Shown here: positions 1 to 9,882 of the stretch, one piece after another | Numbering within the stretch: position 1 is the stretch's first letter | Layout: each line of letters starts with the position of its first letter | Source of the DNA: Spirochaetia bacterium | GTDB taxonomy: Bacteria > Spirochaetota > Spirochaetia > SZUA-6 > Bin103 | DNA: 64,000 nt | NCBI GenBank assembly: GCA_965203905.1 | Contig: CBDBDQ010000005.1 | Location: 3,040,001-3,104,000 of the forward strand | Direction of reading: 5' to 3' | The notes under the pieces: generated by a model | The model's input: only the letters and a program-made list of their open reading frames with translations | Told to the model about the DNA's origin: nothing | Databases searched by the model: none | Translations under genes and position numbers: made by a program

Positions 1-200
1 TCTACCCGCTGATCTACCTCACCAAACCGCACCAGTTTACGCTGCAACTGGGTCTTGGTCTGCTGCAGCAGCGCCTCGTTGGTCAGTTTGGGCCACTCAT
101 GGCGGCGGCGACCATGATCAGCATCCCGACGCTGATCATCTACCTGCTGTTCCAGCAGCGCCTCACGAGCGGCATCGCAATGACTGGAGTGAAGGGGTAG
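1..200 (+). CDS. Carbohydrate ABC transporter permease (MalG-type), 3' end only
   Basis: Frame 3 reads YPLIYLTKPHQFTLQLGL…LMAAATMISIPTLIIYLLFQQRLTSGIAMTGVKG*, a typical MalG-family C-terminus; TAG at 198-200. Confidence 0.85.
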   Translation, partial: YPLIYLTKPHQFTLQLGLGLLQQRLVGQFGPLMAAATMISIPTLIIYLLFQQRLTSGIAMTGVKG

Positions 201-238
201 TCAACCTGCAGCAAGGGCCTTCGGCAGCGCGCATCCTC

Positions 239-1246
239 GTGATCGGCGGTACCGGCATCATCAGCACGGGAATCAGCCGCCTGCTCATAGAGCAGGGCTA
301 CGAGGTTGTTCTCTACAATCGAGGCCAGAGACCGTCACAGGTCAGGGGAGGCTACACGACCATTGCCGGTGATCGCACGGACTTTGCCGCGTTCGAGGAT
401 CAGATGGCAGAAGCGGGTACGTTCGATTGCGTGATCGACATGGTCTGCTACCGGCCCGACGAGGCGGAGAGCGCCATTCGTGCTTTCGCGGGCCGTACCG
501 GACAGTACGTCTTCTGCAGCACGGTCGATGTCTATACCAAGCCTGCCGCAGCCTATCCGATCACCGAGGCCGCTGAGAGGTTACCCTCGAAGAAGTTCAG
601 GTACGGATACGACAAGGCCCGTTGCGAAGAACTGCTGTTTGCCGCCCACGAACGTGGCGATCTGGTTGTCACCAGCATCCGCCCCGGGCACACCTATGGC
701 GAAGGTGGGAACAATCTCCTGCATGCGCTTGGCCGTGGAAATTATCACGTGGATCGTTTGAAGAAGGGGCAGCCGATCATCGTTCACGGCAACGGCAGGT
801 CGTTCTGGCCCACCTGCCACCGCGATGACGTGGCGGCAGCCTTTGTCGGCGCCCTCGGCAACGCGAAGGCCCATGGGCGCGGGTATCATGTTGCCGGCGA
901 GGAATGGATGACGTGGGAAGGGTATCATCAGGGCCTGGCGAAGGCGGTCGGCGCGAAACCGCCGGAGTTTGTCTACATTCCCACCGATGCGCTGGTGCGT
1001 ATGGTGCCGGAGCAGGCCACGTTGACGGAGATGAACTTCAGCTACAACAACCTGTTCGACAACACGGCCGCCAGACAGGACCTCGGCTTTCGCGTGACCA
1101 TCCCCTGGGTGGAGGGCGTCCGCCGGACGGTCGAGTGGCTGGAGCACCACGGCCAACTGGAGCGCAGCGACGACTTTCCCTTCTACGATCGGATCATCGA
1201 TGCGTGGCAGCAGGCCACCGGGAACCTGGCGCCGCTCACGACATGA
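239..1246 (+). CDS. NAD-dependent epimerase/dehydratase (extended SDR)
   Basis: (RILV)IGGTGIIS Rossmann motif, YGYDK YxxxK, RPGHTYG. The true start is probably upstream of 239 because RIL precedes the GTG in frame. Confidence 0.85.
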   Translation: MIGGTGIISTGISRLLIEQGYEVVLYNRGQRPSQVRGGYTTIAGDRTDFAAFEDQMAEAGTFDCVIDMVCYRPDEAESAIRAFAGRTGQYVFCSTVDVYTKPAAAYPITEAAERLPSKKFRYGYDKARCEELLFAAHERGDLVVTSIRPGHTYGEGGNNLLHALGRGNYHVDRLKKGQPIIVHGNGRSFWPTCHRDDVAAAFVGALGNAKAHGRGYHVAGEEWMTWEGYHQGLAKAVGAKPPEFVYIPTDALVRMVPEQATLTEMNFSYNNLFDNTAARQDLGFRVTIPWVEGVRRTVEWLEHHGQLERSDDFPFYDRIIDAWQQATGNLAPLTT

Positions 1247-2006
1247 TCAGGCCGCCGTCGACGTTGATGGTCTGGCCCGTGATGTACGCCGCGTCGTCCG
1301 AGGCCAGGAAGGCAACGAGTCCGGCCACATCCTCCGGTGTTCCCGCGCGCTTCATCGGAATGCCCTCGACCCACTCGGCCATGAGCTCGCCCGGCCCGTA
1401 GTCGCCGAGCAACGTACCCCAGACGCGATCGTTGTAGGCCCACATCTCGGTATCGATGATTCCGGGGCAGAAGGCGTTGACCGTGATCCCCTCCGCGGCA
1501 AGCTCCTTCGCCAGGCTCTGCGTGATCCCCACGACCCCCATCTTGCTCGCCGCGTAGTGCGGCGTGTAGATGAAGCCCTGGCGGGCCTGCCCGGAGGCGG
1601 TATTGATGAGTCGCCCCCAGCCCTTCACTCGCATGTAGGCCGCCGCAGCCTGGCAGCACAGGAACACTCCCTTGGTGTTCACCGCCATGACCCGGTCCCA
1701 CTCCTCCTCGTTGAGCTGCTCCAGGCGAGCGATGGTAATGACCCCCGCGTTCTGCACCGAGATATCGACCGAGCCGTAGCGCTCGCAGGCGGTCGCGTAG
1801 AGAAGGTCGACGTCGTTCTTTTGGGTCACATCGCAAACCAGCGAGGTGGCCTCGCCGCCATCCTTTCTGATCTCCTCGGCGACCTGGTGCACGGCCTCTT
1901 CGTCTGCACTCACGACCACTCGCGCACCGTCCGCCGCAAACCGCCGCGCAATACCTCGTCCGATCCCGCGACTCGCACCCGTGACGACGACCGTTTTCGC
2001 AGCCAT
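1236..2006 (-). CDS. SDR family oxidoreductase (butanediol/polyol dehydrogenase-like)
   Basis: MAAKTVVVTGASRGIG, NAG, YAASK, PGIIDTEMW, ITGQTINVDGG; ATG at 2006. Confidence 0.92.
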   Translation of the reverse strand: MAAKTVVVTGASRGIGRGIARRFAADGARVVVSADEEAVHQVAEEIRKDGGEATSLVCDVTQKNDVDLLYATACERYGSVDISVQNAGVITIARLEQLNEEEWDRVMAVNTKGVFLCCQAAAAYMRVKGWGRLINTASGQARQGFIYTPHYAASKMGVVGITQSLAKELAAEGITVNAFCPGIIDTEMWAYNDRVWGTLLGDYGPGELMAEWVEGIPMKRAGTPEDVAGLVAFLASDDAAYITGQTINVDGGLIMS

Positions 2007-2049
2007 TGCGCACTTTCGTAAAGGAATAGGGAAGAATTCGCAATGGGCG

Positions 2050-2586
2050 TCACGGCGACCTGAACTCCTTCGCGTAGCGCGCCACGCCGGTACAGCCGCC
2101 GAGCGCGCCCGGCTCCAACTCCAGCACCATGAAGACATCGTCCGGCACGTCCAGCTCGAACCTGATGCCGTGCCGCCGTGCCGCAACGAAGCCGAAGCGG
2201 GGGTAGTAGGCGGGATGGCCGAGCACGACGGCGATGCGGTATCCCGATTCGCGGCACCGGTCGAGACCTTGGGCGACGAGCCGGCTGCCGATGCCGCGAC
2301 CCTGGCAGTCGGGATCGACCGCCATCGGTGCCAGTCCGACCGCCTCGTGCACGCAATCCGGCCCCTGAATCGTCACCGGGGTGAAGAGAACGTGCCCGAC
2401 CAGCCGTTCGCCGTCGAGGGCAACCAGGGAGATGCTCCGCTCGCCACGCGCCCGTACGGCATCGACCAGCGCCGCTTCGTCGGGCTGCCCGAAGGCCCGC
2501 TCGTTCACGGCGCGGATCCCCGGAGTGTCCCCGGGACGCTCCGGCCGTATGGTCAACTTAAGGGGAAATCGAGGAGTCTCGAACAT
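2050..2586 (-). CDS. GNAT N-acetyltransferase (YhbS-like)
   Basis: IRPERPGD…AFGQPDEAALVD…LAPMAVDPDCQGRGIGSRL…VLGHPAYYPRFGF; start uncertain. Confidence 0.88.
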   Translation of the reverse strand: MFETPRFPLKLTIRPERPGDTPGIRAVNERAFGQPDEAALVDAVRARGERSISLVALDGERLVGHVLFTPVTIQGPDCVHEAVGLAPMAVDPDCQGRGIGSRLVAQGLDRCRESGYRIAVVLGHPAYYPRFGFVAARRHGIRFELDVPDDVFMVLELEPGALGGCTGVARYAKEFRSP

Positions 2587-2754
2587 GACCAGGAGCGGAC
2601 AGTACATCAAGATCGCCGAATGGTCAGAGTGATGCAGGAGCGGCGGGAGCGCGACTTGGCGCAACAGCCGAAGCTGCTTGAGGCGTGCGTCAAGGTGCGT
2701 GCTGGCGGTCCTCGGCTCTGGCGCCAGCGCCTGGAGGGCGCCGCCCCGCGACCT

Positions 2755-2813
2755 GGCGCTCAAGGAACGGTTGGCCACGCCCGATGTTCCGAGTGACGGC
2801 CACACTGCATGAC
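2755..2813 (+). pseudogene. Relic C-terminal tail of a second Rpn-family gene
   Basis: 20-bp direct repeat GGCGCTCAAGGAACGGTTGG at 2755-2774 and 3700-3719. It encodes ALKERLATPDVPSDGHTA*, versus ALKERLDPEQTNGHADG in the downstream Rpn; its stop overlaps the Rpn ATG. Confidence 0.6.
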
Positions 2814-3541
2814 GATTCCGCAGATTCACGACCGTCTGTTTCGCAACGTGTTTGGCGATCGCCGCGAGGCCGCCGCCTTGCTGCGGCCGCACTTGCCGGC
2901 GCCATTGGCCGACGCCTTGACTGGTCCACCCTCAGGCTGCTGAACCGCAGCTACATCGACGACGACGCGCGCGCCAGCGAGTTGGACCTGCTGTTCACCA
3001 TCGAGCGCAACGCGGACGAGGCGCCGCTGGCGCTGTACGTGCTGCTTGAGCACCAATCAGAGCCCAACCGGTACATGCGGTTGCGGCTGCTGAAGTACTG
3101 CTGCCGTATCTGGGAGCAGGCGGAGCAGGAGCCAGGGCGGCTGCGCGCCATCGTGCCGCTGGTGCTTTATCAGGGCCGTGGCGGTGGCCCTGGCCCACCG
3201 AGTTGTCCGAGTTGTACGCGCCGGTGGAGCGGGATTGGCCGTGGACGCCGCGCTTCGCCCACCTGGTGATCGATCAGTCGCAGGCCGCGGGTGAGCGGTT
3301 GGACGGTGGACCCCGTGGGCGAATCGCGCTGCTGGCGCTGATGGCGGCATACCGGCACGGCCGCGAGCAGTTGCAGTTGGCGCTGCGCGTGGTGCGCCTG
3401 CTGGCGGCGTTGCCGCCAACAGGACGTTTCGATATCGTCAAGTTGTTCGTAACCTACTTGCTGCAGACTCAGGACGAGGCCCATCTGCCGCGGCTCAGCG
3501 AGGAGTGGCGGCGGCGGGCACCGGAGGCGGGAGGTGACTTC

Positions 3542-3778
3542 GTGACCATAGCGGAGATGCTCATCAAGCAGGGCCGTCAGGAGGGCCGTCAGGAAGGCCG
3601 TCAGGAAGGCAGGATCGAGACTCTCGAACAGCTGGTGCGCTCCGGTGTGGAGTGGCCGCTGATCGAGTCGGCCGCCGGCAACGATCCCGACACGTTGCGG
3701 GCGCTCAAGGAACGGTTGGACCCGGAACAGACCAACGGTCACGCCGACGGGGCCGACCAGCCGGGACCTCCTCGCTGA
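3542..3778 (+). CDS. Putative intragenic small Rpn antitoxin (RpnS-like), 78 aa
   Basis: Strong SD GGAGGTGA at 3530-3537 followed by in-frame GTG ACC ATA GCG GAG (MTIAE) at 3542, the start motif known for RpnS. Confidence 0.65.
   Translation: MTIAEMLIKQGRQEGRQEGRQEGRIETLEQLVRSGVEWPLIESAAGNDPDTLRALKERLDPEQTNGHADGADQPGPPR
3572..3610 (+). repeat. 12-bp tandem repeat x3 (GGCCGTCAGGAR) encoding GRQE
   Basis: Directly visible in the Rpn C-terminal region. Confidence 0.9.
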
Positions 3779-3867
3779 CGCCGCGCCTGCAGCCGGCGGC
3801 CGCGCCGTGTACAGAGCCCACGAAGTGATCGATCCCTGGTGCGGCTGAGCGCAGCCGCGGCCGCCGC

Positions 3868-6378
3868 TCAGTGGGCGACGCCGAGTCGGTGCAGGCGCCG
3901 GTGCAGTGCTTCGCGTGCCTCCAGGAAGGGGCGTTCCAGGTAGGCGACGTGGTCCGGCTCGCCGTGGTGGAAGGTGGTCTCCGCGTCGGGCCGCCGCGGC
4001 GCGGTGTGGCGCACGTAGGAGAGGCAGCCGTCGATCAGGGTCAGCATGTACTCGGCGGTGTCGCGGTTGAACATCCACCACTCTCCCCCTACCGCGATGT
4101 AGACCGGGGAGGTGTGGGCAAAGATACCGCGCTGCCAGCCGTCGTGGTGCTGCACGCTCCCGTAGCCGGGGCCGCCGACCCGCGCCGCCAGCCAACTGTG
4201 GCCGTCGACCCGCACCCGCTCGCGCAGCTCCAGCCGCCGCCGTCCCTCGGGCGCGTCGCCGCGCGCCGCGTCGACCTGCGCGATCACCCGGCCCTGCTGC
4301 ACCAGTTGCAGGGTGTGGATCGGCAGGATGCTCTCCGCCCACGCGTGCACCTCCACCGTGCCGGCGGCAGACAGCCGCAGCGTGTCGCCGATGCCGGCGC
4401 CCTCCACGCTGAGCCCGATCAGCGGACCGCCGCTCAGGAACGTGCGCCCGCGCTTCACCGCGTCGCACCAAGCCCCGTAGGTGAACTCCCGGTCGTCGCC
4501 CACCTGGGCGTAGGTACGGTACAGGCCGATCGGCACGTCGCTGCTCATCTTGTCGGTGCCGCCGACCAGCGGCAGCCGATACCCGCAGTTCAGGTAGCGG
4601 TAGTACTCCAGGTGATTGAACTCGCCCTGGCGCAGCATCTCCACACCGTCGGCGCGGCCGGTGGCGATCAGGGCCGCCGGCTCGCCGTTGGGATGCGGCA
4701 GGTGGGGGATGATCACGTGGCCTCCCTGGGCGTGGGTGCGGTCGGCCCAGTCGCTCATGGTCACGTCCAGGCTGCCGCCCGGCTCCGCCTCGCCGGGCCC
4801 GTCGCTGCACCACGGCATCACCGGTTCCTTGAGCCCCCACAGGATCAGGTGGCCGAGAAAGTGCTGCCGATTCTCCTGGCTGACGTAGACGATGTTGTTG
4901 CCCTGCTGGTGCACGCTGGCCCCGCCGGTGAACTCCTCGCTGTTGGTGAACAGGCTGCCCCACTGCGACTGCAGCAGGTTGACCACGTTGAGGTCCTCGC
5001 CCTGCGACTCGGTGTGGCTGCCCTGGGCCGACAGGAAGTGGACGTGGGAATCGCCCGAGTACCAGCCGCGGGCGTTCATGTCGGTCCAGCGCTTGAGCCG
5101 CAGCGTCAGCTCGCGCTGGCCCGGCTTGACCTGCACGCGTGCGCGCACTGGCTGGTACTCGAAGCCGCGCGCCACGTCCACGATCACGTCGCCGCGCGGC
5201 AGCCACCCCTGGCAGTGGCCGTCGATGTAGGCGTAGGTGATCTGGCCCAGGCGCACGTCGCCGCCCACGTCGATGTGCCAGCTCCCGTTGTTGGAGTTGA
5301 CCTGGTTGTGGTGGCCGTGGGGCTGGAACGGCACCCCGGCCGGGGACCGGAAGTGCACCCGGCACGGCACCGGCCTGCCGGTGTCTGCGTCCAGCACCGT
5401 CACGTGCACCCAGTTGCGGCCGCCGTCCAGCAGCTCGACGCGGACCCCACCGTCGGCGGCGCTGCCGCGGCGCTCCACGTCGCCCCAGCGCACGCTCCCT
5501 AGCGCGCTGCCGTCCTGCTCAACGGTTACGGTGGCCGACGGGGTCGCGGCGACCTCGGTGTAGGCGGGGCTGGAGGCAGGGTTCTGCGCCTCGCCCCAGC
5601 CGGCGTAGCGGTCGCCGACGAAGCTGTCCGCGTCGGCCGCGGGCAGGGGATGCACGTAGGTCGCGATGCCGCGGTCGACCTTCACGTCCAGGTCGAACGG
5701 CCGGCGCGCGGCCTCGGCATCGGTCAGGGTCAGCTTCACCTCGCGCCGCCCCTGGCGTGGAAACGGGAACTCGTCGACGTGGCCGGTGGTGACGCCGGCG
5801 ACGATGAACGCCGGTCCCGTGGCCGCCGGCTCGATGCAAAGCTCCTCGATGACCTGCTCAGGGTCGGGGTTGCGCCACGCCCACAGGGTGTAGGTCGCCG
5901 GCCCGCACCTGACCTCGGTCTGACGCGTCCCCGCATACTCCCAGCGCCCCTCGTAGCGCGGCAGCAGCCGTTGGCCGCGGTCGTCTGCGCCCAGGTAGGC
6001 GCGGTCGCGCTCCGTCGCCGCGATCTCGAACCGCTCGCGGATGGCCAGCGGCTGGCCGGCCTCCGCGCCGCCAGGCACACGGAACGTATAGGTCGCGACC
6101 GGCCGCCCCAGCGGGCCCCCCGCCATGAGCTGGCTGTCGAGCACCGCGTGGGCGACGATCACGGTGTGACAAGCGCGGCCGATCGCGACCGTCACCGCGC
6201 CCGTAGCGGCGCTGCAGCGCAGGAAGCAGCGCTCCGGACACGGTTCGGGAGCGCCCACCTGAAACGGCAGGCCTTGCAACGACTGCCGCCCGAGCGGCGG
6301 CTCGTGGGCCAGGTCGGCGAGCACCTCGACGCCCGCGTTGCACAGGGCGTCCAGCGAAACCGGCTGGTAGTCCGTCAT
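3868..6378 (-). CDS. CehA/McbA family metallohydrolase (PHP-like C-terminal domain), about 836 aa
   Basis: MTDYQPVSL start; GWYSGDSHVH, QENRQHFLGH, IPHLP, YYRYLNCGYRLPLVGGTD, FAHTSPVY motifs. Confidence 0.85.
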   Translation of the reverse strand: MTDYQPVSLDALCNAGVEVLADLAHEPPLGRQSLQGLPFQVGAPEPCPERCFLRCSAATGAVTVAIGRACHTVIVAHAVLDSQLMAGGPLGRPVATYTFRVPGGAEAGQPLAIRERFEIAATERDRAYLGADDRGQRLLPRYEGRWEYAGTRQTEVRCGPATYTLWAWRNPDPEQVIEELCIEPAATGPAFIVAGVTTGHVDEFPFPRQGRREVKLTLTDAEAARRPFDLDVKVDRGIATYVHPLPAADADSFVGDRYAGWGEAQNPASSPAYTEVAATPSATVTVEQDGSALGSVRWGDVERRGSAADGGVRVELLDGGRNWVHVTVLDADTGRPVPCRVHFRSPAGVPFQPHGHHNQVNSNNGSWHIDVGGDVRLGQITYAYIDGHCQGWLPRGDVIVDVARGFEYQPVRARVQVKPGQRELTLRLKRWTDMNARGWYSGDSHVHFLSAQGSHTESQGEDLNVVNLLQSQWGSLFTNSEEFTGGASVHQQGNNIVYVSQENRQHFLGHLILWGLKEPVMPWCSDGPGEAEPGGSLDVTMSDWADRTHAQGGHVIIPHLPHPNGEPAALIATGRADGVEMLRQGEFNHLEYYRYLNCGYRLPLVGGTDKMSSDVPIGLYRTYAQVGDDREFTYGAWCDAVKRGRTFLSGGPLIGLSVEGAGIGDTLRLSAAGTVEVHAWAESILPIHTLQLVQQGRVIAQVDAARGDAPEGRRRLELRERVRVDGHSWLAARVGGPGYGSVQHHDGWQRGIFAHTSPVYIAVGGEWWMFNRDTAEYMLTLIDGCLSYVRHTAPRRPDAETTFHHGEPDHVAYLERPFLEAREALHRRLHRLGVAH

Positions 6379-6473
6379 CCCGCCAGCATAGCCGGATAGC
6401 GTGGTCGAGGCACAGGGCGATGAGTGGGAGGAGTGGGAGGCGGCCGCCACGACGGCCACCTCCGTGCAACCTC

Positions 6474-8030
6474 CTAACGGTAGTACTTCTCGTTCAGTTC
6501 CTGTTCCAGCTTGTCGTAGCCGGCGTCCCAGTACTCCTGCTTCATCTTCTCCCAGTTCTCCTCGCTGGGCTCGATCTCGCCCGCCAGGAAGGAGTTGTAG
6601 TACTTCCAGAAGATGTCGTTGGGCTTGGTGCCGACCTCGTCCATGGCCAGCAGGCTGCGGCCGTAGGCGGGGTTGATCACCACCTGGTCGTTCTCGTAGG
6701 CGTCCTTCAGCTCCTGGTCCCAGTTGCTGAGGAAGTCGACCAGCTCGGGGCGCTGCCCGGACTCGATCTCCTTCTCGCGGTCGCGCACCCCCTGGATGGA
6801 GGAAATCACCCGGTACCAGACGTGGTTGCCCGGGAGGCCCTCGAGCCCCCATCCCTCATGCGCCAGCAGCTCCTCGTTCTTGACCTTCCTGCCGTTCTCC
6901 AGCGTGTAGTGGACGCCCTCGATGCCGTCGACGAACAGCGTGTCCTGCTCTTCCATGATGAACTCCACGATGTCCAGCACCCGCGCCGGATCAGGCGTGT
7001 GGCGGTAGATGCTCACCGCCTCCCACCAGGGCGGCCCGGAGTAGCGCGCCACGCTGTTGGGGCCCATCGCGTTGGGCGCCATGGCGGTCAGCCTGACGTC
7101 CGGGAACAGCTCCCGCATCTCCTTCTCCAGGTAGACCCAGGAGGAGTGCCCCAGCAGCACGCCCGCCTTGCCGGAGGTGAACTTGCTGAGCTCGTCGCGG
7201 TAGGCCTGGTGCACGAAGATCTCGGGATCGATGATCCCCTCGGCGATCCAGCCGTTGACGTACTGGATGCCCTCGAGCCACTCCGGCTGGTAGATCGTGT
7301 GGATGAACTTGTCGCCGGTGTCGTAGTAGTCGAACGCAGCGGTGAAGCCGGTCACCAGGTGCTGCAGCCACCAGGAGTTGACGGTGGTGAGGCCGAAATT
7401 GCCGGTGCCGTCGGGATCTTCGGCCACGAACGCACGCAGCACGTCACCCAGCTCGTCGAGCGTCTGCGGCACCTCCAGCCCCAGCTTGTCCAGCCAGTCC
7501 CCGCGGATCACGAAGCCGTGGTTCCAGACGTCGTTCTTGACCGCGATCGCGTTCAGCTCGCCGGTGGCGGTCTCGAACGCGTGCACGCTGGGAAAGTCGG
7601 TGCGCGCCCAGATGTTGGGCCAGCGCTCCTGGTCCTGGCCAACGGTCTCGCGGATGTTCACGAGCTGCTGGTTGCTGGACAGGTTGCGATAGATGCTGCC
7701 GCCGAGGCCGGCGACCGGCGGGTGCGAGCTGAACAGGTCCGGAATGTCGCCGCTGGCGATCAGCAGGTTCAACCGTTCGTGGTGCCCGCGCTGCGCCGGG
7801 GCCGGGACGCTGATGTAGTCGATGTTGACATTGAACTTCTGCTCGATGAAGGCCTCGATCGAGTCGTCCGGCGCCATCTTCGACGTGCCCATCGACACGT
7901 CGCGGAACAGCAGCGTCAGGTCTATCGTCTCGTCGCTGCCGACGGCAGCGCCCTGGCCGCCGGCGGCGGCGGAGAACGGCAGCAGCAGCATGACCAGGCC
8001 CGCTGCCAGGAGAATCCGAAGTTGGTTCAT
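6474..8030 (-). CDS. Extracellular solute-binding protein (carbohydrate ABC, LplA-like)
   Basis: Signal peptide; LNLLIASGDIPD, IRGDWLDKLGLEVPQTLDEL, EDPDGTG, GIEGVHY. Confidence 0.92.
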   Translation of the reverse strand: MNQLRILLAAGLVMLLLPFSAAAGGQGAAVGSDETIDLTLLFRDVSMGTSKMAPDDSIEAFIEQKFNVNIDYISVPAPAQRGHHERLNLLIASGDIPDLFSSHPPVAGLGGSIYRNLSSNQQLVNIRETVGQDQERWPNIWARTDFPSVHAFETATGELNAIAVKNDVWNHGFVIRGDWLDKLGLEVPQTLDELGDVLRAFVAEDPDGTGNFGLTTVNSWWLQHLVTGFTAAFDYYDTGDKFIHTIYQPEWLEGIQYVNGWIAEGIIDPEIFVHQAYRDELSKFTSGKAGVLLGHSSWVYLEKEMRELFPDVRLTAMAPNAMGPNSVARYSGPPWWEAVSIYRHTPDPARVLDIVEFIMEEQDTLFVDGIEGVHYTLENGRKVKNEELLAHEGWGLEGLPGNHVWYRVISSIQGVRDREKEIESGQRPELVDFLSNWDQELKDAYENDQVVINPAYGRSLLAMDEVGTKPNDIFWKYYNSFLAGEIEPSEENWEKMKQEYWDAGYDKLEQELNEKYYR

Positions 8031-8073
8031 TCACAAGCCTCCTTGTGAAAACGTCGCGACAAGGGAAGATCCG

Positions 8074-8946
8074 TCATCCCTTGATGGCGCCGACCAGGAC
8101 CCCCTTCACGAAGTAGCGCTGCAGGAACGGGTAGACCAGCAGCACGGGAATGGTGGCCGCCATGATCGCCGCCAGCTTGATCTGCTCGCCGGCGAGGGTC
8201 AACTCCCGCGTCTCGCCCGGTACCGACTCGGCGCCGGCGCGCGAGATCATGAAGTACAGCACCGCCTGCAATGAGAACTTCTCCGCGTCCACGATGAAGA
8301 AGATCGCCGTGAAGAGGTCGTTCCAGCGGTCCACGGTGTAGAACAGGGTGATGGTCGCCAGCACCGGCATGCTGAGCGGGATCATCACCCGGAACAGCAC
8401 CGAGAACTCGTTGCAGCCGTCGATGATGGCGGCGTCCTTCAGGTCCTGCGGCACGCCCTGGAAGTTGGTCTTGAGGATCAGCAGGTAGAAGGTGGTCACT
8501 AGGTGCGGCGCGATGTACACCCACAGCGTGTCGATGAGCCCCAGCGAACGGTAGATCAGGTAGGTCGGGATCAGCCCGCCGTTGAACAGCATGGTGAAGA
8601 TGATCAGCGACATCAGCAGGTTGCGGCCCGGCAGCGCCCGTTCCGAGGTCACGTAGGCGGCCAGGCAGGTCACGGTCATGCTGAGCAGGGTGCCGACCAC
8701 GGTCACGAACACGGTCACCTTGTAGGCATTGGGAATCGTGGGCGAGGAGAAGATCGTCTTGTATCCCAGGAACGACAGCTCGCCCGGCCACAGCAGCAGG
8801 GTGTGAGTCGAGTAGTAGGAGAAGGGGACCATCGACCCCACCATCACGTACCAGAACGGATACAGCGTCAGGAACGCGAACAGCAGCAGGAAGACCACGT
8901 TGCCGGCGCGGAACAGGCGCTGCCCCGGGGTGACGGTCCGGATCAA
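8074..8946 (-). CDS. Carbohydrate ABC permease (LplC/MalG-type)
   Basis: TTG start overlapping the upstream stop; FNGGLIPTY, DAAIIDG EAA-like loop, YPFLQRYFVKGVLVGAIKG. Confidence 0.92.
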   Translation of the reverse strand: MIRTVTPGQRLFRAGNVVFLLLFAFLTLYPFWYVMVGSMVPFSYYSTHTLLLWPGELSFLGYKTIFSSPTIPNAYKVTVFVTVVGTLLSMTVTCLAAYVTSERALPGRNLLMSLIIFTMLFNGGLIPTYLIYRSLGLIDTLWVYIAPHLVTTFYLLILKTNFQGVPQDLKDAAIIDGCNEFSVLFRVMIPLSMPVLATITLFYTVDRWNDLFTAIFFIVDAEKFSLQAVLYFMISRAGAESVPGETRELTLAGEQIKLAAIMAATIPVLLVYPFLQRYFVKGVLVGAIKG

Positions 8947-9863
8947 ATCAGGCCGTCCTCGCCCAGCGCCTTGAACAGCCGGTCGGCCCCGTAGATCAGG
9001 ATCAGCCCGATCACCGACTTGAAGATCCCCACCACCGTGGCGTAGCTGTAGCGGGCGGCCTGCAGCCCCTGCCGGTAGACGTAGGTGTCGATGATGTCGC
9101 CGACCTCCTGCGTCAGCGAGTTGTAGAGCACGAAGATCTGGTCGAAGCCGGCGTTCATGATGTCCGCCAGTGACAGGATCAACAGCAGGATGATGGCGGG
9201 CCTGATGCCGGGCAGGGTGACGTGCCAGGTCTGCCGCCACTTGCCGGCGCCGTCGATCACCGCGGACTCGTACAGCTCGACGTTGATCCCGGCCAGCGCC
9301 GCCAGGTAGATGATCGAGCCCCAGCCGGCCGTCTTCCAGATGTGCGAGATGGTGACGATGGGGCGGAACCAGTCCGCCTTCATCAGGTACGACTGCGGGG
9401 TGCCGCCGAGCAGTTCCACGATCTGGTTCACCAGCCCGCCGTGGATCGACAGGATGTTGATCATGATGCCCGCCAGGATCACCCAGGAGATGAAGCGGGG
9501 CAGGTAGATGATGGTCTGGATCACCCGCTTGAAGCCCATGTGCAGCACTTCGTTGAGCAGCAGCGCGATGATGATGGGAGCGGGAAACCCGAACACCAGC
9601 TTCAGCAGGCTGATGATGGCGGTGTTGCGCACCACCTTCCAGAAGTAGCTGTCGCCGAACACCTGCTCGAAGTTGGACAGCCCCGCCCAGGGGCTGCCGA
9701 GGATGCCCTTGAAGACGTTGTAGTCCTTGAAGGCGATGATAAGCCCGTACATCGGGGCGTAGTGGAACAGGGTGTAGAACAGCAGCACCGGCACCGCCAT
9801 CAGGTACAGATAGCGGTAGCGGCGCAGGACCCTGATCCGTCTGCCGAGGACGCCGGCCGTCAC
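8943..9863 (-). CDS. Carbohydrate ABC permease (LplB/MalF-type)
   Basis: YAPMYGLIIAFKDY, IWKTAGWGSIIYLAAL, LYESAVIDGA. Confidence 0.93.
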   Translation of the reverse strand: MTAGVLGRRIRVLRRYRYLYLMAVPVLLFYTLFHYAPMYGLIIAFKDYNVFKGILGSPWAGLSNFEQVFGDSYFWKVVRNTAIISLLKLVFGFPAPIIIALLLNEVLHMGFKRVIQTIIYLPRFISWVILAGIMINILSIHGGLVNQIVELLGGTPQSYLMKADWFRPIVTISHIWKTAGWGSIIYLAALAGINVELYESAVIDGAGKWRQTWHVTLPGIRPAIILLLILSLADIMNAGFDQIFVLYNSLTQEVGDIIDTYVYRQGLQAARYSYATVVGIFKSVIGLILIYGADRLFKALGEDGLI

Positions 9864-9882
9864 GAGTGGTGGGTGCGTTTCC

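Larger units (their letters stand above)
2809..3778 (+). pseudogene. Rpn family recombination-promoting nuclease / PD-(D/E)XK putative transposase, two frameshifts (about 2918 and about 3185)
   Basis: MTIPQIHDRLFRNVF…; DWSTLRL…SYID…DLLF…YVLLEHQSEP…RLLKY…IVPLVLYQG; C-terminal TIAEML…QEGRQEGRQEG. Three frames are needed; the shifts may be sequencing errors. Confidence 0.88.

Noticed and set aside
201-241. Non-canonical start of the epimerase (possible CTG at 206 or a mutated ATG at 227)
   Set aside because: Cannot be resolved from the sequence; it could be a simple base error and is of low significance
3170-5502. Long alternative-frame and antisense ORFs (for example 3170-5365, 3871-5502, 6420-8048, 12357-13949, 44871-46916, 47445-49448, 59602-61179)
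   Set aside because: Shadow ORFs typical of high-GC DNA; they overlap well-supported genes and have Arg/Pro/Ala-rich, motif-free translations
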